From a virus (lineage: Duplodnaviria > Caudoviricetes): a DNA stretch of 62,043 nt. Under the pieces are notes generated by a model. It did no database searches, was not told where the DNA came from, and was given only the letters and a program-made list of their open reading frames with translations. This document shows positions 26,157 to 36,300 of the stretch, piece after piece. The DNA lies in IMG/VR virus record IMGVR_UViG_3300003886_000003, positions 1 through 62,043 of that record. One strand, given 5' to 3'. Position numbers and translations under genes: made by a program. Position 1 is the stretch's first letter, and each line of letters opens with the position of its first letter.

Positions 26157-29100
26157 ATGTCAAATAACTACTATCATTTTCTGACCCCATTCGTACCGGG
26201 TACAAAGGTTCGGTCTGATCAGGTTAATTCTGAGTTTACCGGCGTTGATTCTGGTTTTGATTTACTGCCTTCTAATCCTGCATCGATGAGCCTTGGTACT
26301 GCCACACTGGGCACAGATGTTCAGGGCGCGACGATTAATGAGTACGATGTCACAATGCCCAATACCCGCACCGTCAATCTTACCGGTGATGAGGTAGTCT
26401 TCCAGGCAACGCACACGAATGATGGTGTTGCCGCGCCCACGATGGATGTTGATGGGATTGGCGCGATACAACTGCTTGGCACTGACCTCAGTGCGCTAGT
26501 GGCTGGTGATCTTGTCAACGGTGAGTTTTACTCCTTTAGGTTTACCGGCTCAGTATGGCAGATGATGAACCCCTCACGCAGCTACCTGGCTGCGGCTGTA
26601 ACAGCAAGCGCGGCAGCGGCAGCGAGTGCAGCGGCGGCGCTCATTAGTGAGGGCTTGGCAGCGGGTAGCGCGTCTAGTGCAGCTATTTCCTCTACCGCTG
26701 CACAAGACTGGGCGATCAGAGCTGAGAACGATCCAGTACCGGTTGTATCCGGCGGTGATGGGGCTACCACGTTCTCGTCACTTCACTGGGCGGCAAAGGC
26801 TGCAGCGAGTTCAGCGGCAGGCGTTATTGATGGCACTGGTATTGTCGCGCCAACTGCCGGTGCGCCATACGACTACAACGCAAACCTGATTTACAGAAAC
26901 GCCAACGCACTTGACACTGCAATGATAGGCTTCACCGGCACACTCGGTGAGTTCAGGCTGTCGAACCTTGCCTATGGTGGATTCATCGCGCTAAACACTA
27001 CTGATGCGGCGGGTAATTTTGCAAGGCGCTTTGCAACAGGTAGTACCGGGAATGTGGGCATCTATTCTGATGGTAATACTGATGCTGAGAACCGTTGGCT
27101 AACCATGTACCACCAGAACGGTACGGAGAGAGCAGCATTCGGGCACCTTGGTTCAAGCCTGCTCATTATTCGCAACAGCATAAATGGCGGGGACATAAGA
27201 CTACAAGCCAATGATGCTGGTGGTGTGCCGCGAGTAATGATGCTGGTTGATCCTGATGGGCCTGTAGATGTGTCTTATGCGGGCACTACAATGCTGTCCA
27301 CTACTTCTACCGGGATAACATCTCCTGGGGCAGTTCTAACGACTACCAGTGCAATTGATCTTATTGGTGTTGGCAACGCACTCAATGTTGGTGCAGCCAA
27401 CCCCGCACTCGGTCAGCATATTGCTATTGACCTACGCACTATTCAGTCAAAATTTAATAGCGGCTTGGTTGGGAACATATTTATAAACCCACTGGGTGGC
27501 ACAGTCAATATAGGTCGTACAAGTGGTGCAACACAGGAAAATATTAATTTCAATGTTGCCGGGCTTACTGCTTTCAGGATACAGGCTGCAGGGTTTTTAA
27601 GTGCTCAAAACTCAGTAACGAATGACACGGTTGCAAACGTTTTAAGGTTTACTTGGTCAAACGCTCAGATACGTCAAATCATTGGGGCTGATACCGGCGG
27701 AAATCTAAGGATGGAAACGTTGGTAAATGGTGCTAACGTCCTGCTTTACGCGAATGATGCAGGGGGCACAAGCAGACCGTTGTTTATAGGTGATCCTGAT
27801 GGTTCTGCCGATCTATACTATGCGAGTGCTCGTCGCACTGGTACGGGCGCTGGGGGTGAGTTCCAAATTCATGCCGACGGCAATCTAGGCACTGATGAAA
27901 AGTTTATATCGCTACGCCAACTCGATGGGACTGAGGTTGGGCAGATGGGTCTGCTTAACGATTCAAATCTATATCTCTTTAACCAGATAAATTCTGGACG
28001 GGTTATTCTATCAGGTAGAAGTGCAGCGGCAGTAACTCGCACACTAGCGGCGTTTGATCCAGATGGCAACACGCTACTATATTACGCTGGCATCCTAAGA
28101 TGGTTCACCTCTAGTGGGGGACTGGTTACATTGCGGGGTGATGATAGTCTTTCTGGATCAAATCGATATATAAGGCTTGAGTACGCTGATGGCACACTTG
28201 TTGGGAACATCGGCCATATTGGAAGCCAGCTAGTTTTTAGAAATCAGATTAATTCTGGCATTGTATCAGTTGATGCCAGGAACTCAGTGGGGAGTATTGT
28301 TAACTGTCTAGTTGGTGCCCCTGATGGAAATACAACCTTGTACAGAGCTGGGGTAATTAACTTTGCAACGTCAGGGTCAGGAACTTCAACGATATACTCC
28401 ACAGGAAATACTGATACAGGTACTAGGTATCTGAGGTTTGCGTATCAAAATGGCACGCTGCGCGGGTTTATTGGGCACAATGGCAACAGCACACTTGCCA
28501 TCGATAACAGAATTAACGCAGGGTTTATCACGTTAGTCGGCAGGGACACTGGGGGAACAAGCAGAAATTTAATGGCAGGTGACCCTGATGGCCCAACCTC
28601 GTTATATCAAGTAGGCGTAAGAACAGCCGGAACATTAACTGGTGCGCTTGGTGGGTTTGAAGTCAGAAACGATTTGACCGGTGTTGGCTTTGAGCGTGTG
28701 TTGACTGAAAGTGATGGCCAGCAAGTATCTGCATATAAAACCGGGTCCAACCAGACTGTGGCTGGCACAGTTCTAACTGATATATCAGGGATGGAGATAA
28801 CTGTTCCTGACGCCAACAGTAACTGGTCGTTTAAACTACACGCCACAGTGCAGTTCACTGGTGGTGGGGTGCCTGGGAATTTTAATATTGGTTGGAATAT
28901 AGTTAGTGGCACTACTCCAACTGTAGAGTTAGCAGGAAGGCTAATTGATACAGTGGCTGGCACATTTTCTGATGCAGACAGGGACGGAGGCAGTCTTAAC
29001 GGCTTCCAGTTAACACCTGCCAATGCAGCAAACCGCCATTCACTTGTTATTGAAGGCACTATGAACCTGACAGTTGGGACTGCACCTGTGTTTAGGCTTC

Positions 29101-29177
29101 AAATGGCTCGTTCAGGCGCAAGCGGGTCACTCGTAGTATTTGCCGCCGCTTATATGACACTAACTAGATTAGATTAA
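26157..29177 (+). CDS. Tail fibre/spike with internal repeats
   Basis: N-terminal attachment region, Ala-rich linker with S.LHWA, five DPDG-type repeats. Confidence 0.8.
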   Translation: MSNNYYHFLTPFVPGTKVRSDQVNSEFTGVDSGFDLLPSNPASMSLGTATLGTDVQGATINEYDVTMPNTRTVNLTGDEVVFQATHTNDGVAAPTMDVDGIGAIQLLGTDLSALVAGDLVNGEFYSFRFTGSVWQMMNPSRSYLAAAVTASAAAAASAAAALISEGLAAGSASSAAISSTAAQDWAIRAENDPVPVVSGGDGATTFSSLHWAAKAAASSAAGVIDGTGIVAPTAGAPYDYNANLIYRNANALDTAMIGFTGTLGEFRLSNLAYGGFIALNTTDAAGNFARRFATGSTGNVGIYSDGNTDAENRWLTMYHQNGTERAAFGHLGSSLLIIRNSINGGDIRLQANDAGGVPRVMMLVDPDGPVDVSYAGTTMLSTTSTGITSPGAVLTTTSAIDLIGVGNALNVGAANPALGQHIAIDLRTIQSKFNSGLVGNIFINPLGGTVNIGRTSGATQENINFNVAGLTAFRIQAAGFLSAQNSVTNDTVANVLRFTWSNAQIRQIIGADTGGNLRMETLVNGANVLLYANDAGGTSRPLFIGDPDGSADLYYASARRTGTGAGGEFQIHADGNLGTDEKFISLRQLDGTEVGQMGLLNDSNLYLFNQINSGRVILSGRSAAAVTRTLAAFDPDGNTLLYYAGILRWFTSSGGLVTLRGDDSLSGSNRYIRLEYADGTLVGNIGHIGSQLVFRNQINSGIVSVDARNSVGSIVNCLVGAPDGNTTLYRAGVINFATSGSGTSTIYSTGNTDTGTRYLRFAYQNGTLRGFIGHNGNSTLAIDNRINAGFITLVGRDTGGTSRNLMAGDPDGPTSLYQVGVRTAGTLTGALGGFEVRNDLTGVGFERVLTESDGQQVSAYKTGSNQTVAGTVLTDISGMEITVPDANSNWSFKLHATVQFTGGGVPGNFNIGWNIVSGTTPTVELAGRLIDTVAGTFSDADRDGGSLNGFQLTPANAANRHSLVIEGTMNLTVGTAPVFRLQMARSGASGSLVVFAAAYMTLTRLD

Positions 29178-29192
29178 TAAAGGTGAATTGAT

Positions 29193-30536
29193 ATGCCATT
29201 ACTAGAAGACCTATATGCACAAAACCCCGGTGTGGCAACGCCCACTGCTAGTGTGGTGGCAACGACACCGGCTGCGCCAACACAGAATGCTGTAGCAGGC
29301 AATGCAACAGCGGTAGGGGGCACCGCTCAGCAAGCCACAGCCGCGCCTGCAGCGACAGCAACAGATGTTGGGGCTACCAGTGTTGCCTCGGAGGGTTACG
29401 ACGCCGCCTTGGGCACAGTGGACGCTAACCAGCTCGCCAGTGAACGGTTGAATACTATCACTTCACAGGACAGCCCGCTGATGGCGCGTGCAAGAACATC
29501 CGGTATGTTGACTTCCGCGAAAAGAGGGCTGCAGAACTCGTCCATTGCTGCGGGTGCTGCGCAAGGTGCAATGGTGGATCGTGCCATGCCCTTGGCTCAG
29601 CAGGAAGCGGCTACCTATTCAAAGCAGTCGCTCACTAATCAGGCGGCTGAGAACCGGTCCCTTGAGTTTGGCGCTGCCGCCGGTAACACCGCTGAGTTAG
29701 CACGAGCAGGTTTCGCTGCTCAGGCTGAACAACAAAGCGCTGCACAGCAAACAGCCACTTCTCAATTTAACGTCGATCAACAGAACCGGATTGAAACGCT
29801 GAATGTTCAACTCGGTACGGATGTCAGCAAGTTCAACGCACAGCAGTTAAACCAGGCTGAGGCGCTCAATGCTCAGATGCAAACAGCGGTAAGCCAAGGT
29901 AATGCCCAGGCATATAACCAGGCTCAACAGCAGTTCGCTGAGCTGCAGACACAAGTGAGCCTTGCTAACGCTGATCAACAGTTCAGGGAAAGTCTTGCCG
30001 GTGCTGATATGACCAATAAGATGAACCAGCAAATAATGGATCTGGATTCTCAGATAAATAAACAGTATCTAGCCGGTACGCAAGCAATGGATTTGGCAAC
30101 TATTCAGGGGCAGTATCAGCAACTGATATCATCAAACACGACAGCAGCGACGTTATTTCAATCGTATTTTGATGGTATTGCGCAGGCAATGGCTAACCCA
30201 CAAATCGGAGAACAGCGCATTGCAGATTATGTTAATACCCAAAAGACAATGCTTGAGTCAGGGCTTAAAATGATAGACTCAATTAACAATCTTGATCTTG
30301 GTGACTTCACGCTACCAGGAGCAACTGGATCACCTGGAAATCTAGCGCCAACACAGGGAACACCTGGAACGCCTGGGGCACCTGGAACACCAGCACCAAC
30401 ACCAACAGTAGGGGCACCACCACCACCAGCACCAGCACCAACAACTCCGCTAGATTATTCAAAGTTGAATAGCTATGAGCTTAAAACAATAGGGAAGTAT
30501 GGTGAAGTTAAAGGCAGGCAGATGCTAGGTATTTAA
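29193..30536 (+). CDS. Putative DNA ejection/pilot protein
   Basis: Gln/Ala-rich; SPLM..AR......RGL.NSSIA; SQFN repeats. Confidence 0.7.
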   Translation: MPLLEDLYAQNPGVATPTASVVATTPAAPTQNAVAGNATAVGGTAQQATAAPAATATDVGATSVASEGYDAALGTVDANQLASERLNTITSQDSPLMARARTSGMLTSAKRGLQNSSIAAGAAQGAMVDRAMPLAQQEAATYSKQSLTNQAAENRSLEFGAAAGNTAELARAGFAAQAEQQSAAQQTATSQFNVDQQNRIETLNVQLGTDVSKFNAQQLNQAEALNAQMQTAVSQGNAQAYNQAQQQFAELQTQVSLANADQQFRESLAGADMTNKMNQQIMDLDSQINKQYLAGTQAMDLATIQGQYQQLISSNTTAATLFQSYFDGIAQAMANPQIGEQRIADYVNTQKTMLESGLKMIDSINNLDLGDFTLPGATGSPGNLAPTQGTPGTPGAPGTPAPTPTVGAPPPPAPAPTTPLDYSKLNSYELKTIGKYGEVKGRQMLGI

Positions 30537-30537
30537 T

Positions 30538-30978
30538 ATGATTAGACCAGCGACATTCACAGACCATACAGCCATCTTTGGAATTGCAATTGATATGACT
30601 GCGAACTACCCTAATGTCAGGCCCGATGAAGGTAAAATCAATCGGTGTATTCAGACAGCGGTTAGCTCATCAAAGCACTTTGCAATGGTGTCTGAAAAAG
30701 ACGGAAAGATTGTTGGCGCACTGCTTGCGATTACAAGTAATAACTTGTGGGCGCAGCGCAGTAATTGCCAGATTATTTTATGGGCAACACGAGCGCCGGG
30801 GGAAGGTATCAAACTGCTTCGTGAGTTTCGTGGCTGGGCGCAGTTACGTCGAGTTATAAGGTTATGGGGCGTGGTGCCCGATTTTGATGTTGATCCAAGG
30901 GTGCTACTCCTGTTAGAGCGTACCGGGTTCAAACGTTATGGTGGGTCATATCAGATGTTCAGAGAACTGACGAGTTAG
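30538..30978 (+). CDS. GNAT-fold-like virion assembly protein
   Basis: MIRPAT..D, G.IVG, G..LL, ERTGF pattern; typical podovirus position. Confidence 0.65.
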   Translation: MIRPATFTDHTAIFGIAIDMTANYPNVRPDEGKINRCIQTAVSSSKHFAMVSEKDGKIVGALLAITSNNLWAQRSNCQIILWATRAPGEGIKLLREFRGWAQLRRVIRLWGVVPDFDVDPRVLLLLERTGFKRYGGSYQMFRELTS

Positions 30979-30988
30979 GAGGTGTAGC

Positions 30989-31915
30989 ATGGGACTATGG
31001 AGTTCAATTAAAAAAGGCGTCAAGGGCGTCTTTAAAGGTGTGAAGAAAGTCTTTAAAAAAGTTGGCAAAGCCGCTGGCAAATTCTTCAGATCAAAGTTTG
31101 GCAGGGTCATACTGATCGCCGCTGCAGTTGTCACTGCCGGTGCTGCGCTGTATGCAGCATACGCACAATACACTGTCACTGCCGGTTCATTCCTGACAAA
31201 ATTTGTAGCAGGAGCCAAAGCCTTTGTTGGCGCGTTGGCCTCTCCGGTTAAGTCGGTTAAAAACATGTTCGGGGTTGGCGCTGAAGCAGGCGCAGCCGGT
31301 GGGCAAGCTGTAGCAGCAGCGGAACAAGTTGGTGCAGCCGGAGATGTTATTGCAGGTGGTGGAGCAGGTGTGACAGCAGCCCCTATTGATATGATTGCAG
31401 GGGGAGCAGAGGCTAACCAAGGGCTTATGGCCGGTGCCAATTCAATACGAGGGCTTGGACCTGATCTTACCGGTTTGGCGGGTGGCAGTGGCGGTGGCGC
31501 AGGAGCACTCACTGGTGCAGGAGAAGGTTGGATGATGCCGCAAGTGGGTGCTGAAAGTCTCACCAAGGGCGCATCCGATGCCGGAGGCTGGTTATCAAAA
31601 GCAGCGTCTGGTGCTAAAGAGTTTGTCAAGTCTACCGGCGGTGGAATAGTGGCCGGTCAGATGATCTCCGGGTATGCAAAGGGCAAGCAGCAGGAAGAGT
31701 TGCTGAAGGAAGAGGAGCGCATTCGCCGGTATTACGACTATGATTGGAAAAACTCTAACGCGCTCAATAATGTCAATTATAACATTAATACCCCACAAGG
31801 GTTACTGAGCCGCGCTTCTCAAACCCCACGAGCAGTGCGTGAGTCTCAGCCTGATCGCGGCAACACGTACCAATATGGCGGCGGTAATTCAAACTACGCC
31901 CCGGTAGGAGGATAA
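30989..31915 (+). CDS. Putative ejection protein
   Basis: Basic amphipathic N-terminus, hydrophobic segment, Gly/Ala-rich. Confidence 0.65.
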   Translation: MGLWSSIKKGVKGVFKGVKKVFKKVGKAAGKFFRSKFGRVILIAAAVVTAGAALYAAYAQYTVTAGSFLTKFVAGAKAFVGALASPVKSVKNMFGVGAEAGAAGGQAVAAAEQVGAAGDVIAGGGAGVTAAPIDMIAGGAEANQGLMAGANSIRGLGPDLTGLAGGSGGGAGALTGAGEGWMMPQVGAESLTKGASDAGGWLSKAASGAKEFVKSTGGGIVAGQMISGYAKGKQQEELLKEEERIRRYYDYDWKNSNALNNVNYNINTPQGLLSRASQTPRAVRESQPDRGNTYQYGGGNSNYAPVGG

Positions 31916-31919
31916 TCAC

Positions 31920-32621
31920 ATGGCTCAGCACGGTGCGTTAGCACAGGCACAGCAAGCAGTACAGGCGGCACAGGCGCAGGCTCAGCCTATGCCACAGCCA
32001 GGTGGACAACCCGCAGGGGCACCAGGAGTGGCACCCCCACAAGCCGGAGGCCCACCACCGGGTGCCCCACAGCCGCAGCCTGGGGCCGCACAGCCACCTC
32101 CTGGTGCTGGTGAGGTCGATATAGACATACCGAGCCAAGATGCAGGCAGCGGCCAGATAGGGGGCGCTGATGTCGATTCTATGCTGGAAGACGCTACCCC
32201 CAGCGAGCAGAAAGAGTATGAGCGTGCAATGGGTGCCCTGTACAAGATTATGTACGAGGATGACAGCGCCAGTAACTCACTGATCGGGCAACTAAGCCCT
32301 GAAGAAAAAGTTGGATCAGTCGCTAAAGCCAGTATGCTTCTCATTACCCAGCTTGATGACAAGCTCGACTTTGATGAAGCAATCATCGCACAGATGACTG
32401 AGGAAGTGGTTGATCGGGTCATTGAGCTTGGTGAGGCAAAGTTTGGTGAAGAGATGTCATTCACTGATAATGAGTCTCAAGCGGCACTGGGCGCAACATG
32501 GGAAGGGGTGATGCAGATATTTGGTGTTGATGAGCAGGACTCTGAACAGCTCACCGCTGGCATGGATAAGAATCAAAAGTCTGCGTTGGAGAAACAGTAC
32601 GAGGGGGCACTCAATGGTTAA
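31920..32621 (+). CDS. Hypothetical virion protein
   Basis: Pro/Gln-rich N-terminus, acidic helical C-terminus. Confidence 0.65.
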   Translation: MAQHGALAQAQQAVQAAQAQAQPMPQPGGQPAGAPGVAPPQAGGPPPGAPQPQPGAAQPPPGAGEVDIDIPSQDAGSGQIGGADVDSMLEDATPSEQKEYERAMGALYKIMYEDDSASNSLIGQLSPEEKVGSVAKASMLLITQLDDKLDFDEAIIAQMTEEVVDRVIELGEAKFGEEMSFTDNESQAALGATWEGVMQIFGVDEQDSEQLTAGMDKNQKSALEKQYEGALNG

Positions 32622-33321
32622 ACTAGCAAAGTGGGGTGCAGTCGCCGGGCTAGGCGAAGGCATTGTAAAGAACGCTGAGACAGCGATCAAGCGCGAGGAT
32701 GATGTGCTTGAGGAGCAGCGTACCCAGCGACTTGAAAACATACGCAACAGCAATGCCATCAAGCGTGACAAAGTGCGAGCGTCGGAAGACAGAAAACGTA
32801 CCGAGATGGAGATTACTGGCCGGTCAGACTTGCAAGATGTGCAGATTGAAGCAACTGCAACTGAAGGTGTTAAAAACCGTACGGGAGAAATGGCTGTTCA
32901 GGAAGAAAGAAGTGCAGGCGCACTTGCTGTTGCTAAAGTTAATCAGGCTAATAAAGATAAAAAGAAATGGACTTCCAACAGGATCAAAGGTGGTAAGGAA
33001 ATGAATGCCGAGGGTAGCATTGTTGAGTACCCTGACTCTATTGCTGTTACTGATCCATATTCCAGTCTGACTTTTGTTCAAAGAGGTAACAAGTTGTTAT
33101 TGCAAGGTGTAAAATACGCCAAGATTCCAGATGAACAAGACCCAAGAGGGTTTATTGTGCGGCTTATAAACGCTGACACAGGTATGCCCTATGCGTACTT
33201 GCCAAATCCTAAAGCTGAAAACGCTGCAGAAAAACAAGCACTAAAAAGCGAAGAAGACGGGATGGCATTTCAAAAGGCTTTCGGGTATTTACCAATATCG
33301 TACAGGAAGAAATTTGAATAA
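32614..33321 (+). CDS. Putative internal virion protein
   Basis: GAVAGLGEG N-terminus plus coiled coil. Confidence 0.65.
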   Translation: MVKLAKWGAVAGLGEGIVKNAETAIKREDDVLEEQRTQRLENIRNSNAIKRDKVRASEDRKRTEMEITGRSDLQDVQIEATATEGVKNRTGEMAVQEERSAGALAVAKVNQANKDKKKWTSNRIKGGKEMNAEGSIVEYPDSIAVTDPYSSLTFVQRGNKLLLQGVKYAKIPDEQDPRGFIVRLINADTGMPYAYLPNPKAENAAEKQALKSEEDGMAFQKAFGYLPISYRKKFE

Positions 33322-36300
33322 TGGCCTTTACGAGCGCACAGTTTATTGAAATGTTTGGGGAGCAAGACCCGGACAAAGAGCAAGCATTGCCTGTTGAACC
33401 ACCTGTGCCAGATATCCCAAGTGAAGTACCGGCACCAGCCCCTGTAGATGTAGCGCCTGATGAAGCACAGGCACCAGCCCCTGTAGAGCCTGAAGAACCC
33501 GACAAAGTTTTTACTTCCGAAGACTTCATTAATAAATTCGGCGCAGTGCAGCCACAAGCAGCATCACAGGCTCCCCCACCTGACACTGAACCCACTACGG
33601 TTACTGGAACTTTTGCGGAGTGGCTTGCACAAGAAAAGGAAGCGGCTCCTGATCCCAAAGATAACCCCGGTTATTATTCAAACTTGGTACGCAAGTTTGC
33701 CGAGTCGTTCCCCCATGCTGCCGGTGAAGCGTTAGCAACAGGCAACGCGATAGGGAAAAGGATTAACGAAGAGTTAAAAACTAAAGAAGGTAGCGCCTGG
33801 AATGACATATTGTCTGCCACACAGCTACTACAGGGTATTGCGAGCCAGCGGCTTAAAGGTGCTGATTTTGGTGCCGTAACCCTTACAACACCAGAAGATA
33901 TAAAAGCTAAGTTCAATGAAGGTGATGCACTTGGGACAGCCGTTAAGGTAGCAGAATTTATACCTGAGACATTGGCTGATTCAGTCGCCTACATGATTAG
34001 CCTACCACTTACAACTCTGTCTTTGACAGACATGATTGCTCAAGAAAACGCGGATAATGAAGGTAAAAAAGTACCTGATTTTATAGACTATGTTGAGGCG
34101 TTCCCGTTTGCACTAGGCTCAGCCATAATAGAGCTAGTAACGGGTAGAGCGTTAATCAAACCGCTTTTGAAATCAGTAGGAGTAATCGGTAAAAAGAATA
34201 AAAAAGCGATTGAAAAAGTCGGTAAAGATGCTTTACGGCAAGGGTTTGCTGCCTCCCTTAAAAAAGGGGCCAAACTTGGCGGTGGAGAAATGACTGGTGA
34301 GTTTATTCAGGAAGGTGTTATTGAATACATCGGTGGGCGATACGGCACTGATAAAGCGCTTGACTGGAAAGAGGGGGCTGAGCGCGGTGGTTGGGCAGCA
34401 CTTGCTGGTGCTGGTTACGGCTTTACGCTTGGCACCATTGGAGCTAGAGCCGATCAGCGTAGAGCCGGTGAGCAAGAAGGGGATGTAGTTGCTGATGAGC
34501 TTACTGGCGCACTGGACGAGGTTGAGAATGAAGCTGGTAATATTGATCAGGCCCAGGCTGATGCGGTTGATCGGGCGCAGGAGCAGGGCGGGGATGAGCT
34601 TGATCAAGCACTAGCCGGTGCGCAAGCAGCCGCAGACATAGCAGCAAAGGATGGGGATGCAGCAGCAGCCGTTGAGGAAGCCAGCGCGCTACAGGACCGC
34701 ATAGCGGAAGATGAGAAGCGTACCGCTGCAGAGAGTGCCAAAGGTGAACTTGAAGCTGCCAAAACAAGAAAAAAGCAGCAGGCAAAGAAACGCGAAGATG
34801 AAAGTGTTGAAGAGTTCCGGGCACGAGTAGCAGCGGCTGGACTGGAAGCCGGTCAGACTACCGCACAGCCTGTTCCAGAACCACAAGCGCCGATCCCTGA
34901 AGCACCAGCCAACCCTGCAATGCGCGAGGCGCTCAAAAAAGCAGAGTCAGAGCGTATTGCAAAAGAAAAAGTAACCAAGGCTGAAGAAGTAAAAGCCGAA
35001 GAAGTAGCAGCAGTTGCTGAGAAAAAACGTGGCGAATTTCCTGAAGACTTTATTGCACAGGAAACCAAGCCATCACGTCGTGAAGAAAACCGCCCTGGAA
35101 AAGATCGACGCGAAGACACTAAGCAACGTAAAGCCATTAACGAGATGACGCTTGAAGAAGCTCAGCACGAGCTTAGAACTGATTCGCTGACCGGGCTGGG
35201 AAGCAATCGCGCTTGGGAGGAAACTGAGAAAAAACCTGTCATTGCAGCTATCGATGCTGACTCGTTGAAGTGGTTCAACGATAACATGTCTTTTGCTTCG
35301 GGCGACAAAATGCTCAAGGAGATTGGCAAGGCCATTGCTGCAGAAACAGATCAGGGGTTCCACCCAACCGGTGATGAGTATTTTGTACAGGGTGATACGC
35401 AAGAGGAAGTTGATGCGATTATGGCTCGTGTTGAAGCACGGCTAAAAGATATAAAAATTACTGCTACACGCCCCAACGGAACAGTCATAACTAAAACAGG
35501 CGTAAGTTTTAGCTATGGCACCGCTGCTAACGAGGAAGCAGCAATATTTGCAATGAAGGATGAGAAGGCAAACCGCCAGAAAGCCGGTGATAGAGTTGCA
35601 ACCGGTGAGCGCCCATCGGGGGTCAATGAAGTAGGGTTTAACGCCTACCGCGAAGAAGAAATAAAACAGGAAGAAAAGAAAAAGGAAGAGAAACTTGCAA
35701 AGCGTAAAGCGAAACTTGCAGGGAAAAAAGATACTCCTAAAACTGAAAAGGAACTGGCAGGGGAGTTTCGTTCCGAAGCAGAGGAAGCTGCAACATCTCC
35801 GACCAATAATTTAAAGGAGCCTACTGAAGCTCAGAAAACTGCAGGCAATTATAAAAAGGGCCATCCTGAACTACAGGGTGTAAAAATAGCTGTTGAAAAT
35901 CCAGTTGGCTCAGTGCGCACTGGTACTGATGAAACCGGCAGATCATGGAAGCAAAAACTTAAAGATGCCTATGGATATGTAAAAGGTACTTTAGGCGCTG
36001 ATGGTGATCCTGTTGATACCTTTGTGGGCACTAATGTAAAAAGTGAAAAGGTGTTTGTGGTTGATCAGATCAATCAAACCTCTGGTGAGTTTGATGAGCA
36101 CAAGGTGATGCTGGGGTATTCTAACGGGCTTGACGCAAGGCGTGCTTACAGCAGGAACTATGAGGACGGTTGGAAAGTTGGCCCGATCACTGAGATGACA
36201 ATGGATCAGTTTAAGCAGTGGGTTAACTCAGACAAAGCACAAAGAGCTATTCAACTATCCAAGATACAGAGCGACCTAAAAAATAAAGCGTCTGGTGTAA

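Noticed and set aside
26157-29177. Diversity-generating retroelement acting on the tail fibre
   Set aside because: No reverse transcriptase and no near-identical TR/VR pair differing at adenines; the repeats are old protein-level duplications
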